A DNA stretch of 59,266 bases, filler included, from 6 parts of 6 records of this genome joined end to end with filler, not necessarily neighbours in it, one strand, 5' to 3'; positions 40,368-51,390 are shown, numbered from the whole stretch's first letter. Numbers and translations are program-made. Notes: generated by a model not told the origin, from the sequence alone.

Positions 40368-41624
40368 TTATTCTATTTGTGCATTATCAACAATATGGTT
40401 ATCGCCAATGTCTTTTGGTAATACTAGATTCAGAATAATGGCAACGATGCCGCATAGGCTGATGCCTTGTAAGTTAAACTCGCCAATGCCAAAGGCCATT
40501 CCGCCAATACCAAAGACTAGTGTAACGCCGACAATAACAAGGTTACGTGATTTATGAAGGTCTACTTGGTTTTTAATTAACGTGTTGAGTCCAACCGCCG
40601 CTATGGAGCCAAATAATAAAATCATAATGCCTCCCATAACAGGCAGGGGAATGGTTTGTAATAAGGCACCTAGTTTGCCAACCCAGGCAAGGACAATCGC
40701 GGCAATTGCTGCCCATGTCATGATCACGGGGTTAAAAGATTTAGTGAGCATGACAGCCCCAGTGACTTCGCTGTAGGTTGTATTTGGCGGCGCGCCTACC
40801 ATGGCTGCTGCCATAGTAGCGATCCCATCTCCTGCGATGGTGCGATGCAAGCCTGGTTTTTTCAAGTAATCTTTGCCAGTGACACTGGAGATAGAAAGTA
40901 TATCGCCTACGTGCTCTATCGCAGGTGCGATGGCCACAGGAATCATAAATAAAATGGCGTTTATATTAAACTCAGGAGCGGTAAAGTTTGGCATAACAAA
41001 CCAAGCGGCTTGATGAACCGCATCGAAGTTAACAATGCCGAATAGTAAGCTTAATGAGTAACCCACGATAATACCGCCAAAAATAGGCAGTAGTTTAAAA
41101 ATACCTTTACTAAAGACACTGATAAAAATAGTCGTTAATAAAGAGGCAAGTGCGATCCAAATAGAGAAATCTGCATTGACCAGTTGAGCGGCCCCATCAC
41201 CACTTTTCCCCATAGCCATATTGACAGCTGTTGGGGCTAAGCCTAAGCCAATAACCATAATAATAGGGCCAATAACGACGGGTGGTAATAGACGGTGTAT
41301 AAAGCCTGCGCCTCTTAACTTAATAAGAGCCCCTAAAATAACATAAACAAATCCAGCAGCAATTAACCCGCCCATGGTGGAGGCTAAGCCCCAAGTTTGG
41401 ATGCCGTATAGAACGGGAGCGATAAAGGCAAACGAAGACGCTAGAAAAATAGGCACGGTGCGACGTGTGACAACTTGAAAAAGCAAAGTCCCTATACCGG
41501 CACCAAATAAAGCCACATTCGGATCAAGGCCTGTTAGTAAGGGAACTAATACTAAAGCGCCAAATGCAACAAATAGCATTTGGACGCCTAATATGGCGTT
41601 TTTCATTGGTTTTTCCTTTGTCAT
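40368..41624 (-). CDS. uraA: Uracil permease (NCS2 family); start 41624 or 41606
   Basis: QMLFVAFGALVLVP, FLASSFAFI, EHVGD, PPNTTYSE signature, GGIMILLFG. Confidence 0.93.
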   Translation of the reverse strand: MTKEKPMKNAILGVQMLFVAFGALVLVPLLTGLDPNVALFGAGIGTLLFQVVTRRTVPIFLASSFAFIAPVLYGIQTWGLASTMGGLIAAGFVYVILGALIKLRGAGFIHRLLPPVVIGPIIMVIGLGLAPTAVNMAMGKSGDGAAQLVNADFSIWIALASLLTTIFISVFSKGIFKLLPIFGGIIVGYSLSLLFGIVNFDAVHQAAWFVMPNFTAPEFNINAILFMIPVAIAPAIEHVGDILSISSVTGKDYLKKPGLHRTIAGDGIATMAAAMVGAPPNTTYSEVTGAVMLTKSFNPVIMTWAAIAAIVLAWVGKLGALLQTIPLPVMGGIMILLFGSIAAVGLNTLIKNQVDLHKSRNLVIVGVTLVFGIGGMAFGIGEFNLQGISLCGIVAIILNLVLPKDIGDNHIVDNAQIE

Positions 41625-41880
41625 GATTAAGTGCTGAGGATTTTATCTATTTGCAATGGCAGACGTACAGGGTCAGAGCCGCTAAAAAGCAATCCATGAT
41701 TCAATTATCTGCATGATTAGACATTCAAGGGGGGATTTTAAGTGTAATCAGCAGACACACCAACAATAAATGCAGTGGCTGGATGTACTTCAGTGCGATA
41801 AGCCTGCCTCTAGAGTTCGCTTACTCATTACCGTGATAGTTTGAGTTCATTTTACGCTAGGGGATAAAACAGGTGGTTAT

Positions 41881-41916
41881 ACATAAAAAGCCCAGCATTC
41901 GCTAGGCTTTGTGTAT
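41881..41916 (-). terminator. Rho-independent terminator of ppk1
   Basis: Minus strand AAAGCCTAGC-GAAT-GCTGGGCTTT-TTAT, about 25 nt after the ppk1 stop. Confidence 0.8.
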
Positions 41917-41938
41917 AAATGTTGGCTGAGTGACGTGA

Positions 41939-44161
41939 TTAGCGAGTGCTGTCTGCAAGATCGCTTAGTAGCGTTCGTTGCGCACTGCGGTATTCACCTT
42001 TTCTCGGCTTAGACAATTGATAAGAGCCATCGCTTTGCAGTATCCAGCTTTGGGTGTTATCCGACAGGTAGAGTTCCAGCTCTTTCTTCACACGACGAGA
42101 CAGTTTCAGGTCTTGTAACGGGAAGGCGACTTCAATACGGTTGTTTAGGTTTCGGTCCATGCCATCGGCGCTGGACAGATAAACCTGAGGGTTGCGGTTG
42201 TTGTAGAAGTAGTACACCCGAGTGTGCTCTAAGAAACGGCCGATGATGCTGCGCACACGGATATTAGAGGAGATGCCTTTAATACCTGGGCGTAGCGTAC
42301 AGATACCACGAACAATCAAATCTATCTTCACGCCTGCTTGCGAGGCTTTATACAGAGCTTGTACCAAGCGTTGCTCAGTGAGCGAGTTGACCTTGATAAT
42401 GATTCGAGACGGGTCGCCTTTTTGCGCGTTTTCTGCCTCGCGATTAATCATGTCTAACAAGCGATCGCGTAGTGTGAAAGGGGCGTGTAGCAGCTTTTTC
42501 ACTTTGAGTTCTTTGCTCATGCCTGTCAATTGCTGGAAGACGCGATGCACATCGTCTCCGGTTTCTTTGTCGCAAGTGAGGAAGCTGTAATCCGTATAAA
42601 GACGCGCATTACCAGCGTGATAGTTACCTGTGCCTAGGTGAACATAACGGGTTAATTCTGCGCCTTCTCTGCGTACGATGAGTATCATTTTGGCATGGGT
42701 CTTGTGACGAACGACGCCATAAACAACAATCGCTCCAGCGTCTTGTAGACGACTGGCTAAGGCTAAGTTTTCGGCTTCATCGAAGCGTGCACGCAGCTCA
42801 ATGACCACGGTAACTTCTTTGCCGTTTCGCGCGGCCTCGACCAGTGCATTCGCAATGGGAGAGCGTGCTCCTGTACGGTATAGAGTTTGACGAATTGCCA
42901 CCACATGAGGGTCTTTCGCTGCATCACTGAGTAAGTCGATAACAGGGGAGAAACTCTCAAATGGGTGCATTAAGAGGTAGTCACGTTGTCGAATTGCTTC
43001 GAATATGCCGCCTGAGCTGGCCAGTTTTCTTGGCAGTCCCGGAGAAAAAGGAGGGTACATAAGATCTGGACGGTCGACCAGTTCGAGTACTGCCATCAGA
43101 CGACTTAAGTTAACAGGACCATCTGTTTTGTAGAGGTCTTGAGTTTCTAAATCAAATTGTTTGAGCAGAGAGTTGATGATGTGCGTAGGGCAATTATCAG
43201 CGATCTCAAGGCGTACCGAGCTGCCATAATGGCGGCTTTGTAATTCTGTTCTGAGCGCCCCGGCTAGATCGACACCAATGTCATCAGAGTCGACTTCTAA
43301 GTCGGCATTTCGTGTCAGACGGAATTGGAAACAACCTTTTACTGTCATCCCAGGGAATAATTGATCGGCATGGGCGTGAATGATGGAAGATAGGAAGACG
43401 AGGTTGTCGCCACCTTCAGACACATCATCTGGCATTTTGACAAGGCGAGGCAGAGAGCTTGGTGCTGGCACAATGGCGAGACCATTTTCTCGTCCAAATG
43501 CATCACGACCTTCTAGTTCAACAACAAAGTTAAAGGTTTTGTTGGCGAGACGAGGGAAGGGGTGTGCAGGGTCAAGGCCTATCGGGCTAATAATAGGTAA
43601 GACATTGTCACGGAAGTAACGTTTGGCCCAAGTAGACTGTTTTTCATTCCATACTGAACGGCGAATAAATTTAACGTCTTCGGCGGCAAGTTTCGGAAAA
43701 ATAATATCGTTGAGAATACGGTATTGGCGGCGCACTAACTTGTGGGCCTGTTCGCTGATCAAACTCAGCACTTTCTTTGGGTGCATGCCATCAGGACCGT
43801 TTTTTTCACGGCTGTATTCTAATTGACTTTTTAGTCCGGCAACGCGGATTTCAAAGAACTCATCCATGTTTGAACTAAAAATGCACAAGAAGGTGAGACG
43901 GTTCAGAATGGGGTGGTTTTCATCCATGGCTTGTTCAAGAACGCGCGCATTGAACTGTAAGTGGCTTAACTCACGGTTAAAATAGAGCTCAGGGTCTGCG
44001 AGATCAATTTCTTCAGGCAAACGTTCTTCTAAAGAGACCTTGCTCGGGTCCTGCGGCTGTTCTGGAATGGGCTCCAGCACGAGCTCTTCCCCACCAATTT
44101 CCTTCGTTGGAATAGGGGTGATTTCCTTTTTATCCACTTCATTTACTGACTGTTCTGACAT
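41939..44161 (-). CDS. ppk1: Polyphosphate kinase 1
   Basis: 740 aa; NRELS, SSNMDEFFEIRVAGL, HPFESF, ELRARFDE, KTHAK, HLGTGNY, GRFLEH, NRIEV. Confidence 0.97.
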   Translation of the reverse strand: MSEQSVNEVDKKEITPIPTKEIGGEELVLEPIPEQPQDPSKVSLEERLPEEIDLADPELYFNRELSHLQFNARVLEQAMDENHPILNRLTFLCIFSSNMDEFFEIRVAGLKSQLEYSREKNGPDGMHPKKVLSLISEQAHKLVRRQYRILNDIIFPKLAAEDVKFIRRSVWNEKQSTWAKRYFRDNVLPIISPIGLDPAHPFPRLANKTFNFVVELEGRDAFGRENGLAIVPAPSSLPRLVKMPDDVSEGGDNLVFLSSIIHAHADQLFPGMTVKGCFQFRLTRNADLEVDSDDIGVDLAGALRTELQSRHYGSSVRLEIADNCPTHIINSLLKQFDLETQDLYKTDGPVNLSRLMAVLELVDRPDLMYPPFSPGLPRKLASSGGIFEAIRQRDYLLMHPFESFSPVIDLLSDAAKDPHVVAIRQTLYRTGARSPIANALVEAARNGKEVTVVIELRARFDEAENLALASRLQDAGAIVVYGVVRHKTHAKMILIVRREGAELTRYVHLGTGNYHAGNARLYTDYSFLTCDKETGDDVHRVFQQLTGMSKELKVKKLLHAPFTLRDRLLDMINREAENAQKGDPSRIIIKVNSLTEQRLVQALYKASQAGVKIDLIVRGICTLRPGIKGISSNIRVRSIIGRFLEHTRVYYFYNNRNPQVYLSSADGMDRNLNNRIEVAFPLQDLKLSRRVKKELELYLSDNTQSWILQSDGSYQLSKPRKGEYRSAQRTLLSDLADSTR

Positions 44162-44211
44162 GCCTTTTTATCACTCCCAAATACCGTCATCTTATATTAT
44201 TGGTATTGAAC

Positions 44212-44241
44212 TAATGCCCACTCGTAAATGAGTAGGCATTA
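44212..44241. other. Hairpin between hemB and ppk1
   Basis: TAATGCCCACTC-GTAAAT-GAGTAGGCATTA, 12-bp stem with one mismatch (G-U pair on the minus strand), about 50 nt upstream of the ppk1 start. Confidence 0.55.
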
Positions 44242-44341
44242 ACTTACAAATTACACCAACACAGCCAGAAGGTCACCGTCTCTTTGATCTTATTTACATC
44301 CTAACAGGAGTATTTTGACATTGTATGAGAAGGACTTAGGG

Positions 44342-45340
<999 letters not shown>

Positions 45341-45364
45341 TCAGCTCCTATTGTGCTATTCGTT

Positions 45365-45398
45365 AATGTACTTAATTTGTATGACAGTGATAAGTCAG
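45365..45398 (-). promoter_or_regulatory. Candidate PhoB-dependent promoter (Pho box plus -10) for hemB(-ppk1)
   Basis: Minus strand CTGACTT-ATCA-CTGTCAT, then exactly 10 nt, then TACATT. Confidence 0.55.
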
Positions 45399-45441
45399 AC
45401 AAGCGAGTACCGCGTTGTTTTTTGATCTTAGATTTATCTCA

Positions 45442-47367
45442 TTAGGCTAAGTTAGCCTCGGCCTCTTCCAGCTCTTCTTGTAACTCGAACCAGGCTTCTT
45501 CATTTTCTTCTAGCGACTTTTTCCATTTGGCTTCATCACTGAGAAGGGCTTGTAGCTTTTCTCTTTGATCCGCCTCATACAATGATGAATCCGCCATGGA
45601 TTCAGAAATGGTGTCGAGGTGTTTTTGCGCGGTTTGGACGGCTTTTTCATACTTTTCAACTTGCTTGCGCAAGGGGCGCAGTTTCTCTCGCAGTTCAGCG
45701 GCTTTACGGCGTTCTTCTTTGCGATCAACTTTTTCGACTTTCTCTTGCGTGGCGTCGTTCTTCTCCGCTTGCGCAGCGGACGCTTGTCGAGCTTGCAACC
45801 AAGCATGGTAGGCGCTTAAGTCACCATCAAAGGCTTGGATTTGATGATCAGCCACCAGATAGAACTCGTCGACGGTACTGTTGAGTAGGTGACGATCGTG
45901 GGACACCACGAGAATAGCGCCTGGAAACTCTTGCAGTGCCTCTGTTAAGGCTTGGCGCATGTCTAGATCCAAGTGGTTGGTTGGCTCATCGAGTACCAGT
46001 AAGTTCGGTCTAGTCCAAGCGATTAGCGACAGTGCCAGGCGTGCTTTTTCACCGCCAGAGAAGCCTTTTACTGCTCTGAGGGCGTCGTCGCCAGTAAAGC
46101 CAAAGCCTCCCAAATAACGACGAATATCACTTTCTAGTATTTTCGGAGACAGGCGTTGAATGTGCAGAAGAGGCGACGCTTCAAGGTCAAGTGCGCTCAA
46201 TTGATGCTGAGAAAAGTAGCCAATTTTCAGGTTTTCGCCCGTGATGCGTTCGCCGTTTAATAAAGCGAGCTCTCCTACGATGGATTTGATCAAGGTGGAT
46301 TTACCTGCACCATTCGGGCCCAGTAAGCCAATGCGTTGACCATCACGGATGGCAAAGTTGGTGTCGCCAAGTTGAACCACTTTGGCGCCTGACTCTAAGG
46401 TGTAACCTAGGTTTGCTTGCGACAAATTGATGAGCAGCTGAGAGGTTTTTTCTGCCACAGGGATAGAGAACTCAAATTGAGAGTCTATGTGGGCAGGGCC
46501 AATGATTTCCATCTTTTCTAGCATGCGTAAACGGCTTTGTGCTTGCTTGGCCTTATCGGCTTTGTAGCGGAATCTATTCACGTATTCTTGCATGTGCGCG
46601 CGTTTTGCTTGCTGGCGCTCATGGTTGGCTTGTTGTTGGGCAAGGTGCTCAGCGCGCTGGCGCTCGTAATTTGAGTAGTTGCCTTTATAAAGGACCAGTT
46701 TTTTCTGGTATAGGTGAACGATATGGCTACAAATGCCGTCTAGAAAATCACGGTCATGGGAAATCAATAATAAGGTGCCTGGGTATTGGCGTAACCAGTT
46801 TTCCAGCCACATAACAGCGTCTAAGTCTAAGTGGTTGGTTGGCTCATCGAGTAGCAGCACATCAGATGGGCACATGAGGGCTTTTGCTAGGTTGAGACGA
46901 ATCCGCCAACCACCCGAAAAGTCTGACACAGGCTTTTGCATATCGGTCATTTTAAACCCTAAACCTTGTAACAAGGTTTCCGCTCTCGACTGTGCAGAGT
47001 AGCCGTGTGCGGTTTCGAATTCTCCTAACCAATGAGCGTGATCGTGGTTGTTGCCTTGCGCTTGCGCTTGTTCAATGTGCGCTTCGATTGTTCTAAGTTG
47101 GTCGTCTCCATCGAGACAATAATCCAGTGCGCTGCGCTGTGTTTCTTCGACTTCTTGAGCCATAAACGCAATGCGTCTATTCCCCGGCAAAATTACGCTG
47201 CCGGTGTCTGCCCCTAAATCGCCTTTTACCATCGCAAACAAGGAGGATTTACCTGCCCCGTTGGCGCCAATCAAACCGACTTTTTGACCTTCAAAAATAG
47301 TGAGATCGGCGTCTTCTAAAAGAAATTGTGTACCTCGTTGTAAACTGACTTCGCTAAATTGGATCAT
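45442..47367 (-). CDS. yheS: ABC-F family ATPase (YheS-like)
   Basis: 641 aa; two ABC domains (GANGAGKS/FSGGW/DEPTNHLD and GPNGAGKS/FSGGE/DEPTNHLD), no TM, C-terminal coiled coil. Confidence 0.88.
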   Translation of the reverse strand: MIQFSEVSLQRGTQFLLEDADLTIFEGQKVGLIGANGAGKSSLFAMVKGDLGADTGSVILPGNRRIAFMAQEVEETQRSALDYCLDGDDQLRTIEAHIEQAQAQGNNHDHAHWLGEFETAHGYSAQSRAETLLQGLGFKMTDMQKPVSDFSGGWRIRLNLAKALMCPSDVLLLDEPTNHLDLDAVMWLENWLRQYPGTLLLISHDRDFLDGICSHIVHLYQKKLVLYKGNYSNYERQRAEHLAQQQANHERQQAKRAHMQEYVNRFRYKADKAKQAQSRLRMLEKMEIIGPAHIDSQFEFSIPVAEKTSQLLINLSQANLGYTLESGAKVVQLGDTNFAIRDGQRIGLLGPNGAGKSTLIKSIVGELALLNGERITGENLKIGYFSQHQLSALDLEASPLLHIQRLSPKILESDIRRYLGGFGFTGDDALRAVKGFSGGEKARLALSLIAWTRPNLLVLDEPTNHLDLDMRQALTEALQEFPGAILVVSHDRHLLNSTVDEFYLVADHQIQAFDGDLSAYHAWLQARQASAAQAEKNDATQEKVEKVDRKEERRKAAELREKLRPLRKQVEKYEKAVQTAQKHLDTISESMADSSLYEADQREKLQALLSDEAKWKKSLEENEEAWFELQEELEEAEANLA

Positions 47368-47583
47368 AAAAACAGAGAATCTCTTTGGTATCGATGATTA
47401 GGAGCTAGGTTAAAAGCAATGCTTAGCATTTTAGAGTGGCGCTGCATTAAACGAAATAGGGAAGGCAAAGATTCCCTGTTAATACACGGTTTAAAGTGGA
47501 TGATTCAGACGCTCAAGGGTAAAATGCGCGCAATATCCATTTGAACTTTTACTCGTGTCGTGTATCGGCACAAGGTGAACTTT

Positions 47584-48459
47584 GTGAACGATGTAATAAT
47601 CAATGAAATTCAACGCTTTTCTTTCGACAATACCAATGTTCGAGGTGAGCATGTTGTTTTGAATAGTGCGTACCAAGAGATAATCAAGCGTAAAAATTAC
47701 CCAATAGGTATTGAAAAATTATTGGGTGAATTCGTGGCTGCGATTGCGCTATTAAGAGACATCATCAAGATCGATGGTGTGTTGTCGATTCAGGCCAAAG
47801 GCAATGGCTTTTTGTCCACGTTAATGACTGAGTGTGATGAGTTGCAAAACTTGCGAGGCATTGCCCAATGGGATGAAACGCAAACCGTCCCTGACACTAT
47901 TTCGTTAAAAGAAGTGTTAGAAGGGGGTTACTTGGTGATTACCATCAGTCCACGTAATGGACAGCGTTATCAAGGGATTGTGGAAATTGTTGGTGACACA
48001 TTAGCGGAATGTTTAGAGCAATACTTTTATCAATCTGAGCAGTTGCCTAGCCGAGTGTGGTTAGCCGCTAATGGTGCGCAAAGCGCGGGCTTGTTCTTAC
48101 AGCGCCTGCCTGCTGAGCAAGCACAAAGTGGCGATGAAGATGCTTGGGAGCGTTTTACACACCTTGCGGCCACGGTGAAAGACGAAGAACTTCTGGGACT
48201 GGACACCGAAACCTTACTTCACCGTTTATATCATGAAGAAGAAGTGCGCCTTTATGAGCCAAAAGCCTTGCAGTTTGGCTGTTCTTGCTCTCGTCAGCGT
48301 ACTTTGGATGCGGTTATTTCGATTGGTGCTGATGAAGTTCGTCAGTTATTGATTGAGCAAGGGTCTATTCAAGTGGACTGTCAGTTTTGTGCAGAGCAAT
48401 ATGAGTTCACAGCAGAAGACTTGGTGGATCAGCTAGGTGACCAAGCGCAGACTCATTAA
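47584..48459 (+). CDS. hslO: Redox-regulated chaperone Hsp33 (probable GTG start)
   Basis: QRFSFDNTNVRGE, YQGIV, YFYQSEQLP, zinc motif CSC..DCQFC. Confidence 0.95.
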   Translation: MNDVIINEIQRFSFDNTNVRGEHVVLNSAYQEIIKRKNYPIGIEKLLGEFVAAIALLRDIIKIDGVLSIQAKGNGFLSTLMTECDELQNLRGIAQWDETQTVPDTISLKEVLEGGYLVITISPRNGQRYQGIVEIVGDTLAECLEQYFYQSEQLPSRVWLAANGAQSAGLFLQRLPAEQAQSGDEDAWERFTHLAATVKDEELLGLDTETLLHRLYHEEEVRLYEPKALQFGCSCSRQRTLDAVISIGADEVRQLLIEQGSIQVDCQFCAEQYEFTAEDLVDQLGDQAQTH

Positions 48460-48473
48460 ATCTGCGCTGACTG

Positions 48474-48875
48474 TTAGAACTTGGCGTGGTTGATTAGATC
48501 ACGCCAAGTAATTATGCCTAGGAGGTGGTTTTCTTCATCAACCACAGGCACGCAAGAAATATCTACGTGTTTCATCCAGGTGACAATTTCACTTATTGGG
48601 GAATCGGCTTTCGCCGTAATAGGCTGGCGAGTCATGACCTGATGGGCCGCATGATTCAGTGTCTCAGTGTCGCGAGGCTGCTCTGAGAGACTGTCAATGA
48701 AAGGGCTGATGGTTCGTAATAAGTCCCGATCAGAAATAATCCCAACCAGTATTTCGTTCTCTACAACGGGCAAATGGTGAAAGTGGTTTTGCGCCATAAT
48801 CGCTTTGACTTCGGGCAAGCGAGCGTCAATGTCCACACAAATTACATCACGTACCATGATATCTTGAGCTTTCAT
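48474..48875 (-). CDS. CBS-domain pair protein
   Basis: 133 aa; IM..V, HHLPVV..GIISDRD, VM..PI, CVPVV..GIITWRD. Confidence 0.9.
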   Translation of the reverse strand: MKAQDIMVRDVICVDIDARLPEVKAIMAQNHFHHLPVVENEILVGIISDRDLLRTISPFIDSLSEQPRDTETLNHAAHQVMTRQPITAKADSPISEIVTWMKHVDISCVPVVDEENHLLGIITWRDLINHAKF

Positions 48876-49048
48876 ACGACACCTCCATTCAAATAGAGAG
48901 AATTGATTCTATTTATACTGAATATTGTTTTATAAAGATAGTAGAAAAACAGCGTAAAAGTATTAAACATATGTGTCGAAATACGCTGATATTGTTACTA
49001 AAAGTAGATAAAAATCTGCCTTTATAGAGAAGTGGAGTAAAACAAATG

Positions 49049-49097
49049 GAGATCTTAGACTAAGGTCTCAAGACATTATTAATAAAATCCGTATAAT
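49049..49097 (+). promoter_or_regulatory. Candidate mqo promoter with an upstream dyad site
   Basis: Near-perfect palindrome GAGATCTTAG-A-CTAAGGTCTC containing AGAC-TAAG-GTCT; weak -35; perfect TATAAT at 49092-49097. Confidence 0.5.
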
Positions 49098-49291
49098 TAA
49101 ATCACACCTACTCAGACTCCTTGCTAGGTTGTTCGTTTTTGAGTTTTGCATACCATAATTTTGCAAACAAAGGCGTTCTGAGATGAGTGACGAGAAAGCA
49201 TCGCAGTTCCTCTAATGTAGCACCACTGCTGGCCAAAAGCCTCCTTTACTCATCACTCTCAAATCCATTGGCTATGACACGGCGAAATCAT

Positions 49292-50770
49292 ATGACCTCA
49301 AACTCTGTAGACGTTTTACTAGTCGGGGGGGGTGCAATGAGCACTACCCTAGGAATGTTACTCAAGCAACTGGATCCAAGTCTTGCCATTACCATGGTCG
49401 AGAAATTGGACAGCATTGCCAAAGAAAGTACTGATGGCTGGAACAACGCAGGAACTGGCCACGCTGCCTATTGTGAGCTTAATTACACCTCAGAGAATGC
49501 CGACGGCAGTGTTAACATTGATAAAGCGGTTAAGATTAATGCAGCATTTGAGGTCAGTCTTCAGTTCTGGTCCTACCTTGTTGAACAAGGCAAATTACCT
49601 GCACCAAAAGAATTTATAAACCGTGTACCACACCAAAGTTTTGTTTGGGGTGAAGACAATGTTAGAAAGCTAAAAGCACGTTACGACGCGATGAGTGCGC
49701 ATCCAGCATTTAAAGAAATGCAGTTCACGGAAGATCGTGAAAAAATGCAGGAATGGATGCCTTTGATCATGAACAATCGCGCTCAAAATGAGCCTTTAGC
49801 GGTGACGCGTATTGAGCATGGATCGGATGTTAATTTTGGTTCCATTGCTCGTAATATGACCAAAAATCTTCAAGCTATGGACAACTTTGAGCTACATATC
49901 AACTCTGAAGTGACTAGCATCAAGAAGAACCAAGATGGCACTTGGGATGTACTGGTTCATCATAATGGCACAACACAGCGTTTCCACACTAAATTCCTTT
50001 TCTTAGGCGCTGGTGGTGGGGCATTGCCTTTACTGCAAAAAGCCGGTGTCGAAGAAGGCAAAGGATATGGCGGTTTCCCTGTCAGTGGGCAATGGTTGGT
50101 TTGTGAAAAACCTGAATTAGTTGAACAGCATTTTGCGAAAGTTTATGGTGCGGCACCGATTGGTGCGCCACCAATGTCTGTTCCTCATTTAGACACACGT
50201 ATCATTGATGGCAAAAAAGCCATTTTGTTTGGGCCATTTGCTGGCTTCACGACAAAATTCTTGAAGACTGGCTCAATGTTAGACTTCCCTTTGAGCATAC
50301 GACCAGGCAACTTGAAGCCTATTTTGTGTGTGGGTAAAAACAACATGGACCTGACGAAGTATCTGATCAGTGAAGTGCTTAAATCCCATAAAGATCGTTG
50401 TGATTCTTTGCGTAATTTCTTCCCTGATGCAAAAGATGAAGATTGGAAATTAGCTTACGCAGGCCAACGTGTTCAGATTATCAAAAAAGACGATAAATCG
50501 GGCGGTAAGCTGGAGTTTGGAACCGAAGCAATCACCACGAAAGATGGCTCATTAGCCGCGCTATTAGGGGCCTCACCAGGTGCGTCGACTACGGTTAATA
50601 CCATGATCAATATCTTGGAAACGTGTTTCCCTAAAAAGATGGCGTCTAAAGAGTGGCAAGCTAAAATGAAAGAAATGGTGCCTTCTTACGGTCAATCTTT
50701 GGTCGAAAACACAGATCTTCTGTTGTCTATCCGTGAACGAACCTTGACGACATTGCAGTTAAAACCATAA
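49292..50770 (+). CDS. mqo: Malate:quinone oxidoreductase (start 49292 or 49274)
   Basis: DVLLVGGGAMS, WNNAGTGHAAYCELNYT, GGFPVSG, PPMSVPHLDTR, AGQRVQIIK, LLGASPGAS. Confidence 0.96.
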   Translation: MTSNSVDVLLVGGGAMSTTLGMLLKQLDPSLAITMVEKLDSIAKESTDGWNNAGTGHAAYCELNYTSENADGSVNIDKAVKINAAFEVSLQFWSYLVEQGKLPAPKEFINRVPHQSFVWGEDNVRKLKARYDAMSAHPAFKEMQFTEDREKMQEWMPLIMNNRAQNEPLAVTRIEHGSDVNFGSIARNMTKNLQAMDNFELHINSEVTSIKKNQDGTWDVLVHHNGTTQRFHTKFLFLGAGGGALPLLQKAGVEEGKGYGGFPVSGQWLVCEKPELVEQHFAKVYGAAPIGAPPMSVPHLDTRIIDGKKAILFGPFAGFTTKFLKTGSMLDFPLSIRPGNLKPILCVGKNNMDLTKYLISEVLKSHKDRCDSLRNFFPDAKDEDWKLAYAGQRVQIIKKDDKSGGKLEFGTEAITTKDGSLAALLGASPGASTTVNTMINILETCFPKKMASKEWQAKMKEMVPSYGQSLVENTDLLLSIRERTLTTLQLKP

Positions 50771-50786
50771 CCGCCATGAGTACGAT

Positions 50787-50817
50787 AAAAAGCTGGGTTT
50801 TCATACCCAGCTTTTCT
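50787..50817 (+). terminator. Rho-independent terminator after mqo
   Basis: AAAAGCTGGGT-TTTCAT-ACCCAGCTTTT. Confidence 0.85.
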
Positions 50818-50855
50818 ATATGTATCGAATGTAAAAAATGAATAAGAGAATAGAG

Positions 50856-51128
50856 ATGCCAATAACCTTTGCAGAACGCGCGGATCAGTTGAGTGATTCC
50901 CTACGAGATATTGAACACCAAGCAGAAGAGGGCGACCAATTATTTTATTGTGCTTACCTTTTAGGATTATTAGGGCTTCATAGCAGCGCTGAAGGTGAAG
51001 GTTCTGATCAGTTTGACAGTGCCTTTGAAGGAACGCTAAGAGACACATTAGAAGCAGAAAATGTAACGCCTGAAGATCAAGCCAGTATTCTAGAGCTATG
51101 GGAACAGACTTGTAAGCATTCAAAATAA
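50856..51128 (+). CDS. YfcL family protein
   Basis: 90 aa, acidic; DQLFYCAYLLGLLGL, VTPEDQASILELW resembles YfcL. Confidence 0.7.
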   Translation: MPITFAERADQLSDSLRDIEHQAEEGDQLFYCAYLLGLLGLHSSAEGEGSDQFDSAFEGTLRDTLEAENVTPEDQASILELWEQTCKHSK

Positions 51129-51152
51129 TGACTTCGATTGCGTTCAAGACAT

Positions 51153-51178
51153 AAAAAAACGAGGCCATGGCCTCGTTT
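51153..51178. terminator. Palindromic terminator at the contig end
   Basis: AAAAAAACGAGGCCATGGCCTCGTTT (perfect dyad), truncated by the linker. Confidence 0.7.
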
Positions 51179-51278
51179 NNNNNNNNNNNNNNNNNNNNNN
51201 NNNNNNNNNNNNNNNNNNNNNNTTAATTAATTAANNNNNNNNNNNNNNNNNNNNNNNNNNNNNNNNNNNNNNNNNNNN
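51179..51278. other. Artificial contig linker
   Basis: N44-TTAATTAATTAA-N44. Confidence 0.99.
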
Positions 51279-51335
51279 TCAGGTCCGGAAGGAAGCAGCC
51301 CTAACGAGTACGGCACGGGTCGTCGTCAGCCTCCT
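51279..51335 (+). ncRNA. ffs: Signal recognition particle 4.5S RNA, 3' portion
   Basis: Conserved domain IV sequence TCAGGTCCGGAAGGAAGCAGC, directly upstream of dnaX (common ffs-dnaX-ybaB-recR synteny). Confidence 0.92.
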
Positions 51336-51390
51336 GCTTTAGAGCGTCATTTGGTAATGGCGCTGCAGTTTCCCCCAGCAACGGCCCGCG

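Noticed and set aside
40087..41685. 11-bp inverted repeat TTAGCGGCTCT / AGAGCCGCTAA flanking uraA
   Set aside because: An 11-mer match is expected by chance in a segment of this size, and it does not extend or show target duplication.
44300..44335. Possible second Pho box directly upstream of ppk1
   Set aside because: Half-sites (TTCTCAT/ATGTCAA) are degenerate and 10 bp apart rather than 11.
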